From Eutreptiella sp. 'Long Island Sound 2002' (taxonomy: Eukaryota; Protista; Euglenida), in contig OZ038379.1 in the NCBI GenBank assembly GCA_964036045.1, positions 15,376,001-15,440,000 on the forward strand: 64,000 nt of DNA. The letters run 5' to 3'. Under the pieces are notes generated by a model. It saw only the letters and a list, made by a program, of their open reading frames with translations, did no database searches and was not told where the DNA came from. The stretch's first letter is position 1, and each line of letters opens with the position of its first letter. The position numbers and the translations under genes were made by a program. This document shows positions 56,285 to 64,000 of the stretch, piece after piece.

Positions 56285-57700
56285 CTAGCATCCCCGGAGA
56301 CACACCACCCCCCTCACCCTAGCCTCGCCCAGATTCTCCAGCAATGCATCCCACGTGCACCAAGCCTGGACTTCCGCTCTGGCCTGCGAGCCTCCGAACA
56401 CTGACGTCACCCTGGACATAGGGTCTCCCGGCTGAAGCGCCGAGGGCACCCACACGAGGCGGAGCACGATCCCCGATACCCACAGGATTCTAGCCAATGA
56501 CCGAAGGACCGTTTGGTGGTGGGTCAGGTGGCTAGTCGCGCGCAGCCTTAGGACCTGAGCAATGGCTGCCTCACTGTCGCTACAGACCGTAACAGATCGG
56601 TGTCCCGTCCTGACTGCAAACCTGACAGCCCACGCCACTCCCCTCAGTTCCGTGGTTTGCTGGCTGGCGAAGCGGGCAGGAGGTGTCACATGCGTACGCA
56701 CACCCACTCCCGGCACGAGCGCCCGAACCCTCCAGCACCCCGCATCGCGCGCTCCATCGACACAGATGACGACGCCCCCGCACCACAGAGATGATCGCGA
56801 AAGCCTATCCTCAGTCCCAAACTTGAGGGTCCTCAATTGCCGCCAGGCCTCCCCGCCCGGCGCCTGCCAGGGCTCGGCCGCCAACGCCACCAATGTTGCG
56901 AGGCTGCCCAGCATTTTCAGGGGGAAGCCCTGGGCCGGCTGTTTGACCCCCCCCACCGTCCTACCCCAGCGCAACCAGCAGTAGGCTCCCGCCGCGAAAG
57001 GGCAACCCAATCCCCTCGGACGCACATGCCAATTCAGCAAACCCAGGAAGCTTTGGAGGTGCCGGTCGTTGCCTGCGCCAACCGCCAGCCTCAGCCATCC
57101 CGCCCACAACTGGAGCAGTGCTTGTTCATGGCTCCTGATCCGCCTGGCCTGCAAGTCGAGCTCCTTCCCCAGGAATGACGCCACAGGCACGGGGTCCAGG
57201 ACACTCTTAGGACTTATGAGGAAACCAGCCTCGATCAGGGCACGCACTGCCACTCGCCCCGCCTCCCTGAGCACCTCCCTATCAGTGAAGACGAGCAAAA
57301 AGTCATCGAGGTAGTGCACAAGGAGTATCTCGGGGGGCAGTACCCCCTGGAGAATGCGCGCCAAACTCGTTTGGCACAGATAGGGGCTGTATTTCCAGCC
57401 AAACGGTAGGCGCGACAGCGCCACAGGCGGAGCCCCGGGGGCGGGCCGGAAGCGAAAAACCCGGCGCGCACCCTGGGGCAAGCAAAAGCTCCAGAACGCA
57501 TTTTTGAGGTCAATGTGGAGGCCGTAGAGGTCCACATCAGGCGGGAATGCCGACAAGGACCTAGCCAAATCCTCCCGGGAATCCAATCTAAAAGTGGGGG
57601 GCTTGCCCCCGTCACTCTTGTTGATCTTGACGCAACTCAATATCAAGGAGACCTTCTCGGATGATTTGGGGATGACGAAGGGGTAACACGTGGGCGGGGG
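56285..57700 (-). CDS. Reverse transcriptase plus RNase H (DIRS-type) of the YR element
   Basis: PTCYPFVIPKSSEKVSLIL...PPTFRLD, HIDLKNAFWSF, RLPFGWKYSP, VHYLDDFLLV. RNase H: VDGARD, QTTELRG, CSDSEAA, WVPSALQPGDPMSR. The frame begins at the C13 run (57696-57708). No DAM methylase domain is visible. Confidence 0.93.
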   Translation of the reverse strand, partial: PPPTCYPFVIPKSSEKVSLILSCVKINKSDGGKPPTFRLDSREDLARSLSAFPPDVDLYGLHIDLKNAFWSFCLPQGARRVFRFRPAPGAPPVALSRLPFGWKYSPYLCQTSLARILQGVLPPEILLVHYLDDFLLVFTDREVLREAGRVAVRALIEAGFLISPKSVLDPVPVASFLGKELDLQARRIRSHEQALLQLWAGWLRLAVGAGNDRHLQSFLGLLNWHVRPRGLGCPFAAGAYCWLRWGRTVGGVKQPAQGFPLKMLGSLATLVALAAEPWQAPGGEAWRQLRTLKFGTEDRLSRSSLWCGGVVICVDGARDAGCWRVRALVPGVGVRTHVTPPARFASQQTTELRGVAWAVRFAVRTGHRSVTVCSDSEAAIAQVLRLRATSHLTHHQTVLRSLARILWVSGIVLRLVWVPSALQPGDPMSRVTSVFGGSQARAEVQAWCTWDALLENLGEARVRGVVCLRGC

Positions 57701-59951
57701 GGGGGGGGTCAGCCGGCTCCTCGTAGACCCCCGCCCCCCTCAACGCCTGCACTATCCTCTGGACCTGCTGCGACACCCATCTGGTTGCCCCTCGGACCAC
57801 CCTATCCCCGTCCTGCCACTCTTGCTCGACGTCAAAATCCTGGAGCCCTCCGTGGTAGAAGGGCGGTACGACAGCGTCCCACAGATCGTCCGGTAGCTGG
57901 TGGGAGCCTACCGGTCCCAATCCCCAGTCCAAAATGGCATCCTCGACCCCCCCCATGAACCGCGGAATGGGGGAGGTGTTGATATGGAGGCATGCCTCCC
58001 AGGCGTCCGGGTGGAGCTTGCGCAAGGCGCCCAGGAGAGCGGGCAAAGCCCCTTGCAAGCGGAAATCCTCGGCTGTATCGAATACTCTATTCAACCACAA
58101 ATCCACCCTCTTCGCAACCATCCACAAGCCACAACGTTCCCGCTCGGCTATCCAGTGAAAATGGGGGGTGATCGCCTGCATGAACTCCAGGAAGAGGGGG
58201 GGCTGTTCCTGCACCCTCCCACCCCTGTCGGGACCCTTACAGCGGGGGGGGGGCGACGCCACTGGGCCCGCCCTCCCCCAAGCCTTGGCCTTGAGACGCT
58301 CAGCTGCAGCCACGAAGGCACCCTCCACCGGGCCTTGCGCCTCCGGCGTCCGGACACGCCCGCCCTGCCCGAGCTTGATGCGCTTGGGCTGCGGCGTTCC
58401 GATCTGCTGGGCCAAACGAGGTCTCCCAGCTTGACGGCGTGCGGGGGCTCGGGATCGCACGGCCTGCGCACCATCCAGGACCACCTTAGCGCGACGCGGC
58501 CCCGCGTATGTGCGGTAGACACGGCCCACCACTCCAGCTTTCGAGCCCGCTGCGGGCCCTCCTCTGACTGGGCCAACGGCTGCCCTGGAGGACCACGGCT
58601 TACGCTCTCGTCCAACGAACCTGGCAATTCCGGCCTGTCGACGCCCGGGGGAGCCCCTGGCGCTGCCGACTGCGAATTCGCCAGAGGGCTCGCTTCCGGA
58701 ATCCTCGCTGTTGTCGTCGGTGTCCACGTCGGAATCGACCTTGATGGGTCCGGCTGCCGTCCCCGGCCCGCACGCCCCCCCCCCCACGGCCACCAAAGGC
58801 CCCGCCACCGTGCACAGCTGACCCGCATCTTCCCGAGACACGGCGCCGCGCTCAATGGCAGAGGCCAAAGGAGGAAGTGGAGGGGGGGTAGGAGCTGTGT
58901 CAGGCCCCAGGCCCACCTCAGCAGAGCCGTCCCCCGGGGATTCCTCCAGCTCGGCCGCGGTTTGGTCTCCGTCGCCTCCTCCCCCAAGCGTGCCGCTCGC
59001 AGCGGATTCCAGCTTCTGACCTCGCGGAAGTCTCGGCTTGCGCCTGGTCGGGGTGTTGAGGGCGCTCGCGATACTGGGGAACATCGGGGATCCCCACAGG
59101 GCCAGGACGCCCACGCGTTCCGGAGTCGGCAAAGGCCCCTGGTCACGGGACCATGCGGGCAGCACCGTAGGGGCAACGACTCCCGGGTCTGACCATTTGG
59201 TGCCGTATTGCATCGCCACGGCCGTGCTTTGCCATCTGCCCCACCATTTGTAGTAGGCGAGGTCCGGCTTACGGGCCCAAGTCGCTGCGGCGCCTCCCCT
59301 GCGCAGGGCGTGCCACCTGGCCCGGAAGTGGGCGGTGCTCGCCAGGGCGTCGGCCATGCCCGCCTCCAACCCCGCTTCCCCTGACTGCCAGACGAGCATG
59401 TCTGAGGACCGGCCCAGCAAAACCATGTGGCCATGAAGCCACGCCCGGACACTGTCCGCATACCTGTACAGGGGGCGGGTGGTGTACCCCTCCTCCACTG
59501 TCTTGGAGTTCCAAAACTGGACAAAGCCTGGCATAGCCAGGTCAGTAACCCTGATGCCAGCTGCTTCGCCCACCCGCAGGTAGCATACCCAGCTGATGAT
59601 GGCCAATGCGCTGAACACTGCTCCGTGTCTGGAGTCTCTGGCCTTTTCGACCAGCTGGACCAAGCCTGCTGGGGACAGATAGGGCTGAGAGCCCGAGGAT
59701 GCGGCTCCCGCCGCGATCCGCTTGTGCAAGGTGGTGACTGTTGGGGGCAGCCACTGGAGGTCCTCCACGGCTCTGACCGCGGAGGTAATACCCCGCAGGG
59801 CTGACGCTGTAGCGCCGGCTTGCGCCCGCTCCGCCAGGAGGCCTGCCAGTGCTGCGGCTGTATCAGGCGGGCCCGTGCGGTCCGCGTAAGCCGCCAAGGC
59901 CCGGAGTCGGGACGCGTACTGCGAGCGGGTTCTCGGTCTCCAGGACTGCAT
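57612..59951 (-). CDS. Tyrosine recombinase plus long linker and RT N-terminal region
   Basis: The catalytic R-K-H-R-W-Y set is intact: LRVGE, NSKT, WHALRRGG, WGRW, MQY. The frame is open upstream to the gag stop. The C-terminal WVSQQVQRIVQALRGAGVYEE resembles the start of a DIRS RT. Confidence 0.93.
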   Translation of the reverse strand: MQSWRPRTRSQYASRLRALAAYADRTGPPDTAAALAGLLAERAQAGATASALRGITSAVRAVEDLQWLPPTVTTLHKRIAAGAASSGSQPYLSPAGLVQLVEKARDSRHGAVFSALAIISWVCYLRVGEAAGIRVTDLAMPGFVQFWNSKTVEEGYTTRPLYRYADSVRAWLHGHMVLLGRSSDMLVWQSGEAGLEAGMADALASTAHFRARWHALRRGGAAATWARKPDLAYYKWWGRWQSTAVAMQYGTKWSDPGVVAPTVLPAWSRDQGPLPTPERVGVLALWGSPMFPSIASALNTPTRRKPRLPRGQKLESAASGTLGGGGDGDQTAAELEESPGDGSAEVGLGPDTAPTPPPLPPLASAIERGAVSREDAGQLCTVAGPLVAVGGGACGPGTAAGPIKVDSDVDTDDNSEDSGSEPSGEFAVGSARGSPGRRQAGIARFVGRERKPWSSRAAVGPVRGGPAAGSKAGVVGRVYRTYAGPRRAKVVLDGAQAVRSRAPARRQAGRPRLAQQIGTPQPKRIKLGQGGRVRTPEAQGPVEGAFVAAAERLKAKAWGRAGPVASPPPRCKGPDRGGRVQEQPPLFLEFMQAITPHFHWIAERERCGLWMVAKRVDLWLNRVFDTAEDFRLQGALPALLGALRKLHPDAWEACLHINTSPIPRFMGGVEDAILDWGLGPVGSHQLPDDLWDAVVPPFYHGGLQDFDVEQEWQDGDRVVRGATRWVSQQVQRIVQALRGAGVYEEPADPPPPAHVLPLRHPQIIREGLLDIELRQDQQE

Positions 59952-60086
59952 GGCACTTTCCTCCGGTGAGCAGGGGTCGTCTGACCGAGCTGCTGTCTCC
60001 CACCGGCGGGCGACCGCCCGCAGCTCTGCCGCCGTGTCCGCAACGCCGGAGCCCGGGGCGGCCAGTCCGGGCTCCAGTCGGCCCTG

Positions 60087-60719
60087 TCAGGACCAGTGTG
60101 GGCATCTAAAGTGCCAGTGGCGTTCGTCGGGGGAGCCCCGCTGCGCGCACCTCTGGCACCCCCCGCTCGGCGGCGAGTCCACAGGGATCCACTCGCCCTG
60201 CCTCGACTGCCATTGCAGTACTCCTCCCACCTCCCTGAATTTCACGCTCCGCCACGTGAACGCCGATCCTTGTTCCTTCCATGCCTCCTCCAGCGTGGTG
60301 TACTGGTTGGACTCGGAGCTGGTTTTTCCGTGCGTCCCTGCATACCTTCGGGCATATGCCGCCTGGGACTGGGACACGCAGTCCCAGACCCTCCACGCCA
60401 GCTGCTCTCCTGGGTCGACTGCGGCCTCCGTCGCCTGGCCGCCAAACCCACTTGGTCGGGGGATCTCCCCCACCTCACCAGCTCTAAGGCGCACGTACGC
60501 CTTGATGTTGGACAGCATGAGTCTCATCCACTGTGCCAACTGGGGCTTCTCGAGGGCTCGGTTTACTTCTGGTACGCTCAGTGGGGGCAGGCGGGGCCCC
60601 TCCTTCACTGCCACTCGGGCGAGTTGCTCTCTGAGTTCTTGAATTTCTTTGGCTTGCGCCGCCAGCCGCTCCTCGGCTGACTCGTGCTGGTTCTGGCTAG
60701 GCTGCTCAACCCCGTCCAT
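60087..60719 (-). CDS. gag-like ORF (coiled-coil N-terminus, C-terminal C-X2-C-X9-H-X4-C finger), 210 aa
   Basis: EERLAAQAKEIQELREQLARV is coiled-coil-like, and CQRCAQRGSPDERHWHFRC is the finger. It is the first ORF after repeat A1. Confidence 0.8.
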   Translation of the reverse strand: MDGVEQPSQNQHESAEERLAAQAKEIQELREQLARVAVKEGPRLPPLSVPEVNRALEKPQLAQWMRLMLSNIKAYVRLRAGEVGEIPRPSGFGGQATEAAVDPGEQLAWRVWDCVSQSQAAYARRYAGTHGKTSSESNQYTTLEEAWKEQGSAFTWRSVKFREVGGVLQWQSRQGEWIPVDSPPSGGCQRCAQRGSPDERHWHFRCPHWS

Positions 60720-60732
60720 GGGTTAACAAAAA

Positions 60733-60798
60733 CAAAGACAGGAAAACTGCCTAAACATTGGAGACGCAAACAAAAGTTGAGACGAGGCACAACTAGTG
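60733..60798. repeat. Split direct repeat A1 (5' terminal, 66 bp)
   Basis: CAAAGACAGG...GCACAACTAGTG, identical to 54627-54692. Confidence 0.95.
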
Positions 60799-60816
60799 GT
60801 TTAGGAGCAGCAAGCA

Positions 60817-61751
60817 GGCCGGGTACAAGCAGAGAATAAGTCATGGTGGGCAATAGAGGTCCTGTAGTTGAGGGACACCATTCCCTCACAACCTGCTTTA
60901 CAAATTTGCTCACCCTTACTTCAAGATACATCACAACAGCCCCTCATTTCCCCAAACCTTTCACCTAAAACCGCGGTTCTAGAGCCCGGTACCTAATTAC
61001 GTACCTATGAATTAGATCCTCAAAAATACGGTCCGAACGGAAGTGTTCATTGGACACAGTGTTCGTTGGACACGGGAGGGGGCGGGGGGTACAACAATGC
61101 AACAAGGAACTTCGGGGACAGATTTTTTTGCGGTGGGTCAACTACATTATTTGGCACAACCAGTCTAAATTTGTTAAGCGGGAAAGAAACCAAAGTGGCT
61201 ACATAACGTTTGTGAAATGTCTGAACAGGCATTGACAAAATTTTTCAGCCCCATCGAAAAAAACAGGGCAGTTTGACCAAACTATACCCCGCATTGAGAA
61301 TTCGAACGCCCCCCCCCCCTAGCCCCTGACCAACCTTCATCCTTTGAGCACTCGGTTGTATATGTAGCTTGGACAAGGGGTGCTCTGGAGATCCAGTGCA
61401 GAGTGTGCAGTGCAGGTGCCTCCTTCTGCCCTGCAAGTGCTTGTCTCTGACGTCTTCATCAAAAAGCCCCACACGTGCTTCTTTCAGCCCCCAAACAATC
61501 TAGTCCACTTGTGGTGCCCAAACGGATGAATACAGCTCATTTTGAGCCCCTTTTGAGCCGCCCTCATCCACTTTCCTGTGTACCTCATTTGTGGTTGCAG
61601 TCTCCTAGACGATGTTCCCTCCCGCACCAGCTTGGTCCCAATATCCAATCCTGGTTAGGGTTAGGGTCACCGAGCTGGCGGAACCAGTCTTGGTTTTATA
61701 ACCCTCTTTAGTGTCTAGGGTGGACCTACCAGGTTTAGGAGCAGCAAGCAG
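60817..61751. repeat. Direct repeat copy 2, including the empty integration site
   Basis: 60817-61732 matches 53413-54347 and continues into GTTTAGGAGCAGCAAGCAG (61733-61751), which also occurs at 60799-60817. Confidence 0.95.
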
Positions 61752-61790
61752 CAAGCAGCAAGCAGCAAGCAAGCAAGCAAGCAGCAGCAC
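61741..61790. repeat. (GCAA/GCAGCAA)n microsatellite
   Basis: gcagcaagcagcaagcagcaagcagcaagcaagcaagcaagcagcagc. Confidence 0.9.
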
Positions 61791-62813
61791 GCGCGAAATG
61801 GCTAAAAAGCAGAACTCCGTCGTGGTGCTTCAGATTCGGGTGAAATTTTGGTGGATGCTACCTATGGGTGTGAAGTACAATCACACAAAGTTTTAGCAAG
61901 AAACTCAACGGTGGCGGCCGGGAACGGCATTCACAAGTGGCGGACCTCAGTTTCAAAAACTGCAGTTTAGGGCCAAAAACAGCCATTTTTGGGCCAAAAA
62001 AGCCCTGGAACACATTCAAAACGGCCAAACGAAGGGAAACGGTGGGTACCCTCCACGTGCGGCTTGACTTCTCCGTGTCAACGAGCTCTTTGCGGCCCTC
62101 TAACTCCGTGATAACTCCAAGAAACGGTCCAAAAAGGCCCCCAAAAGCTCCAAATGCCGACAACCACAAACCAAGAATAGGCCATATCTTTGGCTACATG
62201 GCTCAAAATGTGATTCCGAGGGCACCTACACCACCCGCAACCCCCACTTTTTGTGGTTTCCACCCCTCAGAATTGCCCAAACGGACGCCTAGACCCCAAT
62301 ACCTAGGCCCAGCGGGCCGCGGCAAGCTGCAAGCTCAAGCCCAAACAGGTGGGTGCCCAAATGGGTCAACAGGGTCCAATACGGGCAAAAAGATGACTTT
62401 TCTCAAAAATGATCCTAGACCATGCGCGACGCTAAAACAAGTGTTTTTGGACTGTTTTGAGCTTGTGGTGGCCCATTTTGGTCCTCCGAAAATCCCCAAA
62501 TGTCTTGAAAATGGGCTGTTTTGGGACCAAAAATGGGTCAAAAATGGGTCAAAAACGCATTTTTCCAAACCTCATCCTAAACCATTTGGGGTGCACAAAC
62601 GGGTGAAGTGAGCCCATTTTGAGCCCATTTCGGGGTATTTTGGCCCCTCAGAAGTCCAAAAAGCCTTGAAAGTGGGCCTGGTGGTGATGGGGTTCACTTG
62701 CAAGCTGATTTCACTTTGTCAAGAGCCATCAATGTGTGAATCATTCTTGATGTCCCTCACGAGTCATAGCTGATGTCCCTCTCCCACCAGCTCGGTCCCA
62801 ATATTCAGTCTTG

Positions 62814-62930
62814 ATTAGGGTTAGGGCTACGGGTAGGCTTAGGTCTTGGGGTAGGGTTAGGCGTAGGTGTAGGGTTAGTACTAGGCTGAGGGTTGGGGTG
62901 GGTGTTAGGGTCAGGGTTGGGTTTAAGGAT
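62814..62930 (+). repeat. Degenerate interstitial telomere-like (TTAGGG) hexamer array
   Basis: TTAGGGTTAGGG followed by about 17 variant hexamers (ggtagg, cttagg, cgtagg, tgtagg, gtcagg and others). Confidence 0.8.
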
Positions 62931-63399
62931 AGTGTTGGGGTGCAAAGTGGACAAAATTTTCCTTTGGGCGGCTTTGGTGCCCGTGGAGCGTCGGGCGCCT
63001 TTGGCGCCCATGGACTCCACAAGCCGGCACCTTTGGCAACTAATCGTTGGCCCGAGGCCCCCTAAGGGGGGGGAGGTAGTTGGCGTCCTAGGACCCGCGG
63101 AGTCGCCCCCCCCCCCCCCCGGGGCCTCCCACCCAGGTGTTGCATGTTGCTGAAGGTGTATGATTCAAGCGTCAAACAGTCAGTCCAAGCCAATGGCTGT
63201 CATCATCGCTCTATGAGGGTTGAGAAAGTGCAAACAGAAGTGGGGTTGCATCTAGCCTTTTTTTTCAATACAATGGAGCACCCATCCCACATGCAGCAAC
63301 ACAAGGGAAAGACGATGTAGTGTTGAACAAGTCAAAAGTCAAAAACTCACCTCTAATCTCATATCTGGGAGCTCAGGCATGTTTTTACGATTCTTATCT

Positions 63400-64000
63400 T
63401 TGTGGAGGGTCGAGAGCACAATCTCTGATCTAAGCGAGCATGCACCTACATGTGAATCTCCCAGAGGAAATTTGCAATTCCCCCATTGGAGAGCGCTGCA
63501 TTGATCACTATGTGTGAGGCTCAAAGAAGATCTTGCTTGATCAAGCTTCTGGCGAACAACGAAGAGACCTACATGTTTACGTCGCAGCCAAACTCTTTTC
63601 GAAGGACCATGCCGCCCTTAAATTCAGTTTCCCCCTCATTCCCACCATTCGCAGCCACTTATCGCCACAATGCCGGAGAAGCTTGGATTCCTGGCCAACA
63701 GAAACCATGGTCTAGTGTTCACTAACTGAACCTATTCATGTGCAGAATCCATACACCTATGGACCTACAGCAAAAGCAAAATCTGTGAGTAGGTGTTGAA
63801 CAGGGAGTGTGTCATGGGGTACGTGTCAGGTGGCAACTCTGCAATCAATGGCCACACTACATATCCAAGGGGTAGATTGCATCAAACCAGGCGAGGCCTC
63901 GGGCGTGGTTCTACCCTTAGAAGACGTCTCATGGGATGACGTCTTCAGGAGGTGTTGCAACGAAATTGTGCGCGTGGCAAAGGAGGCCCAACAGGGACCT
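63400..64000 (+). pseudogene. Possible degenerate LINE ORF2 fragment (end of the AP-endonuclease domain and linker)
   Basis: LDQ...VYVAAKLFSKDHAALKFSF resembles the ID......SDH..V pattern, and SWDDVFRRCCNEIVRVAKE resembles the LINE linker. Stops are present and the resemblance is weak. Confidence 0.3.

Larger units (their letters stand above)
54348..60798 (-). mobile_element. Tyrosine-recombinase (DIRS order) retrotransposon, VIPER/TATE-like domain order gag-YR-RT-RH, near intact
   Basis: gag-like ORF 60087-60719, YR ORF 57612-59951 and RT/RNaseH ORF 56285-about 57700. Split direct repeats: A 60733-60798 = 54627-54692; B 54693-54733 = 54348-54388. No target-site duplication; the boundaries are defined by the empty site at 61726-61751. 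Confidence 0.93.

Noticed and set aside
57900-59192. 430-aa plus-strand ORF and other antisense ORFs over the GC-rich exons and the YR element
   Set aside because: These are antisense shadows of GC3-rich coding sequence with no motifs.
53413-61732. The 935-bp direct repeats as LTRs of an LTR retrotransposon
   Set aside because: There are no TG...CA ends, no TSD, no PBS or PPT, and the integrase is a tyrosine recombinase. The 18-19-bp segment e occurs both inside and outside the right copy, which the tandem-target model explains and the LTR model does not.
1-64000. tRNA, rRNA, snRNA or SL RNA genes
   Set aside because: I found no cloverleaf, rRNA or snRNA signature by eye. A tRNAscan-SE or Infernal run would be needed to exclude them.

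Overview
Eukaryotic, GC-rich and repeat-dense genomic DNA. It is probably from a euglenid or other euglenozoan; this is inferred from a spliced-leader-like motif, TTAGGG-like repeats and a VIPER/TATE-type retroelement. I could hand-assemble three minus-strand genes with consistent GT-AG junctions and exon phases. (1) A 2-exon omega-amidase NIT2 (4806-6991). (2) A 9-exon, about 496-aa protein with two CCHC zinc knuckles fused to a TatD-like barrel whose metal ligands are almost all substituted (17762-28983). (3) A 9-exon, about 780-aa protein with three FYVE-like fingers, an F-box and a CAMK-like kinase carrying a very long activation-loop insert (37780-51428). The most striking feature is a near-intact 6.45-kb tyrosine-recombinase (YR) retrotransposon at 54348-60798. 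Its domain order is gag-YR-linker-RT-RNaseH. gag is separated from YR by a single in-frame TGA followed by a GC hairpin, a candidate readthrough signal. YR and RT are separated by one extra C in a C13 run. It has split direct repeats and an internal copy of its circle junction. It is inserted without target duplication at CTACCAG^GTTTAGG, and an empty copy of the same site lies about 930 bp away in a tandem duplicate. The rest consists of degenerate DNA transposons (Harbinger/IS5-like, hAT), LINE remnants, MITEs, a SINE-like repeat and microsatellites. All calls were made by eye, with no database searches.
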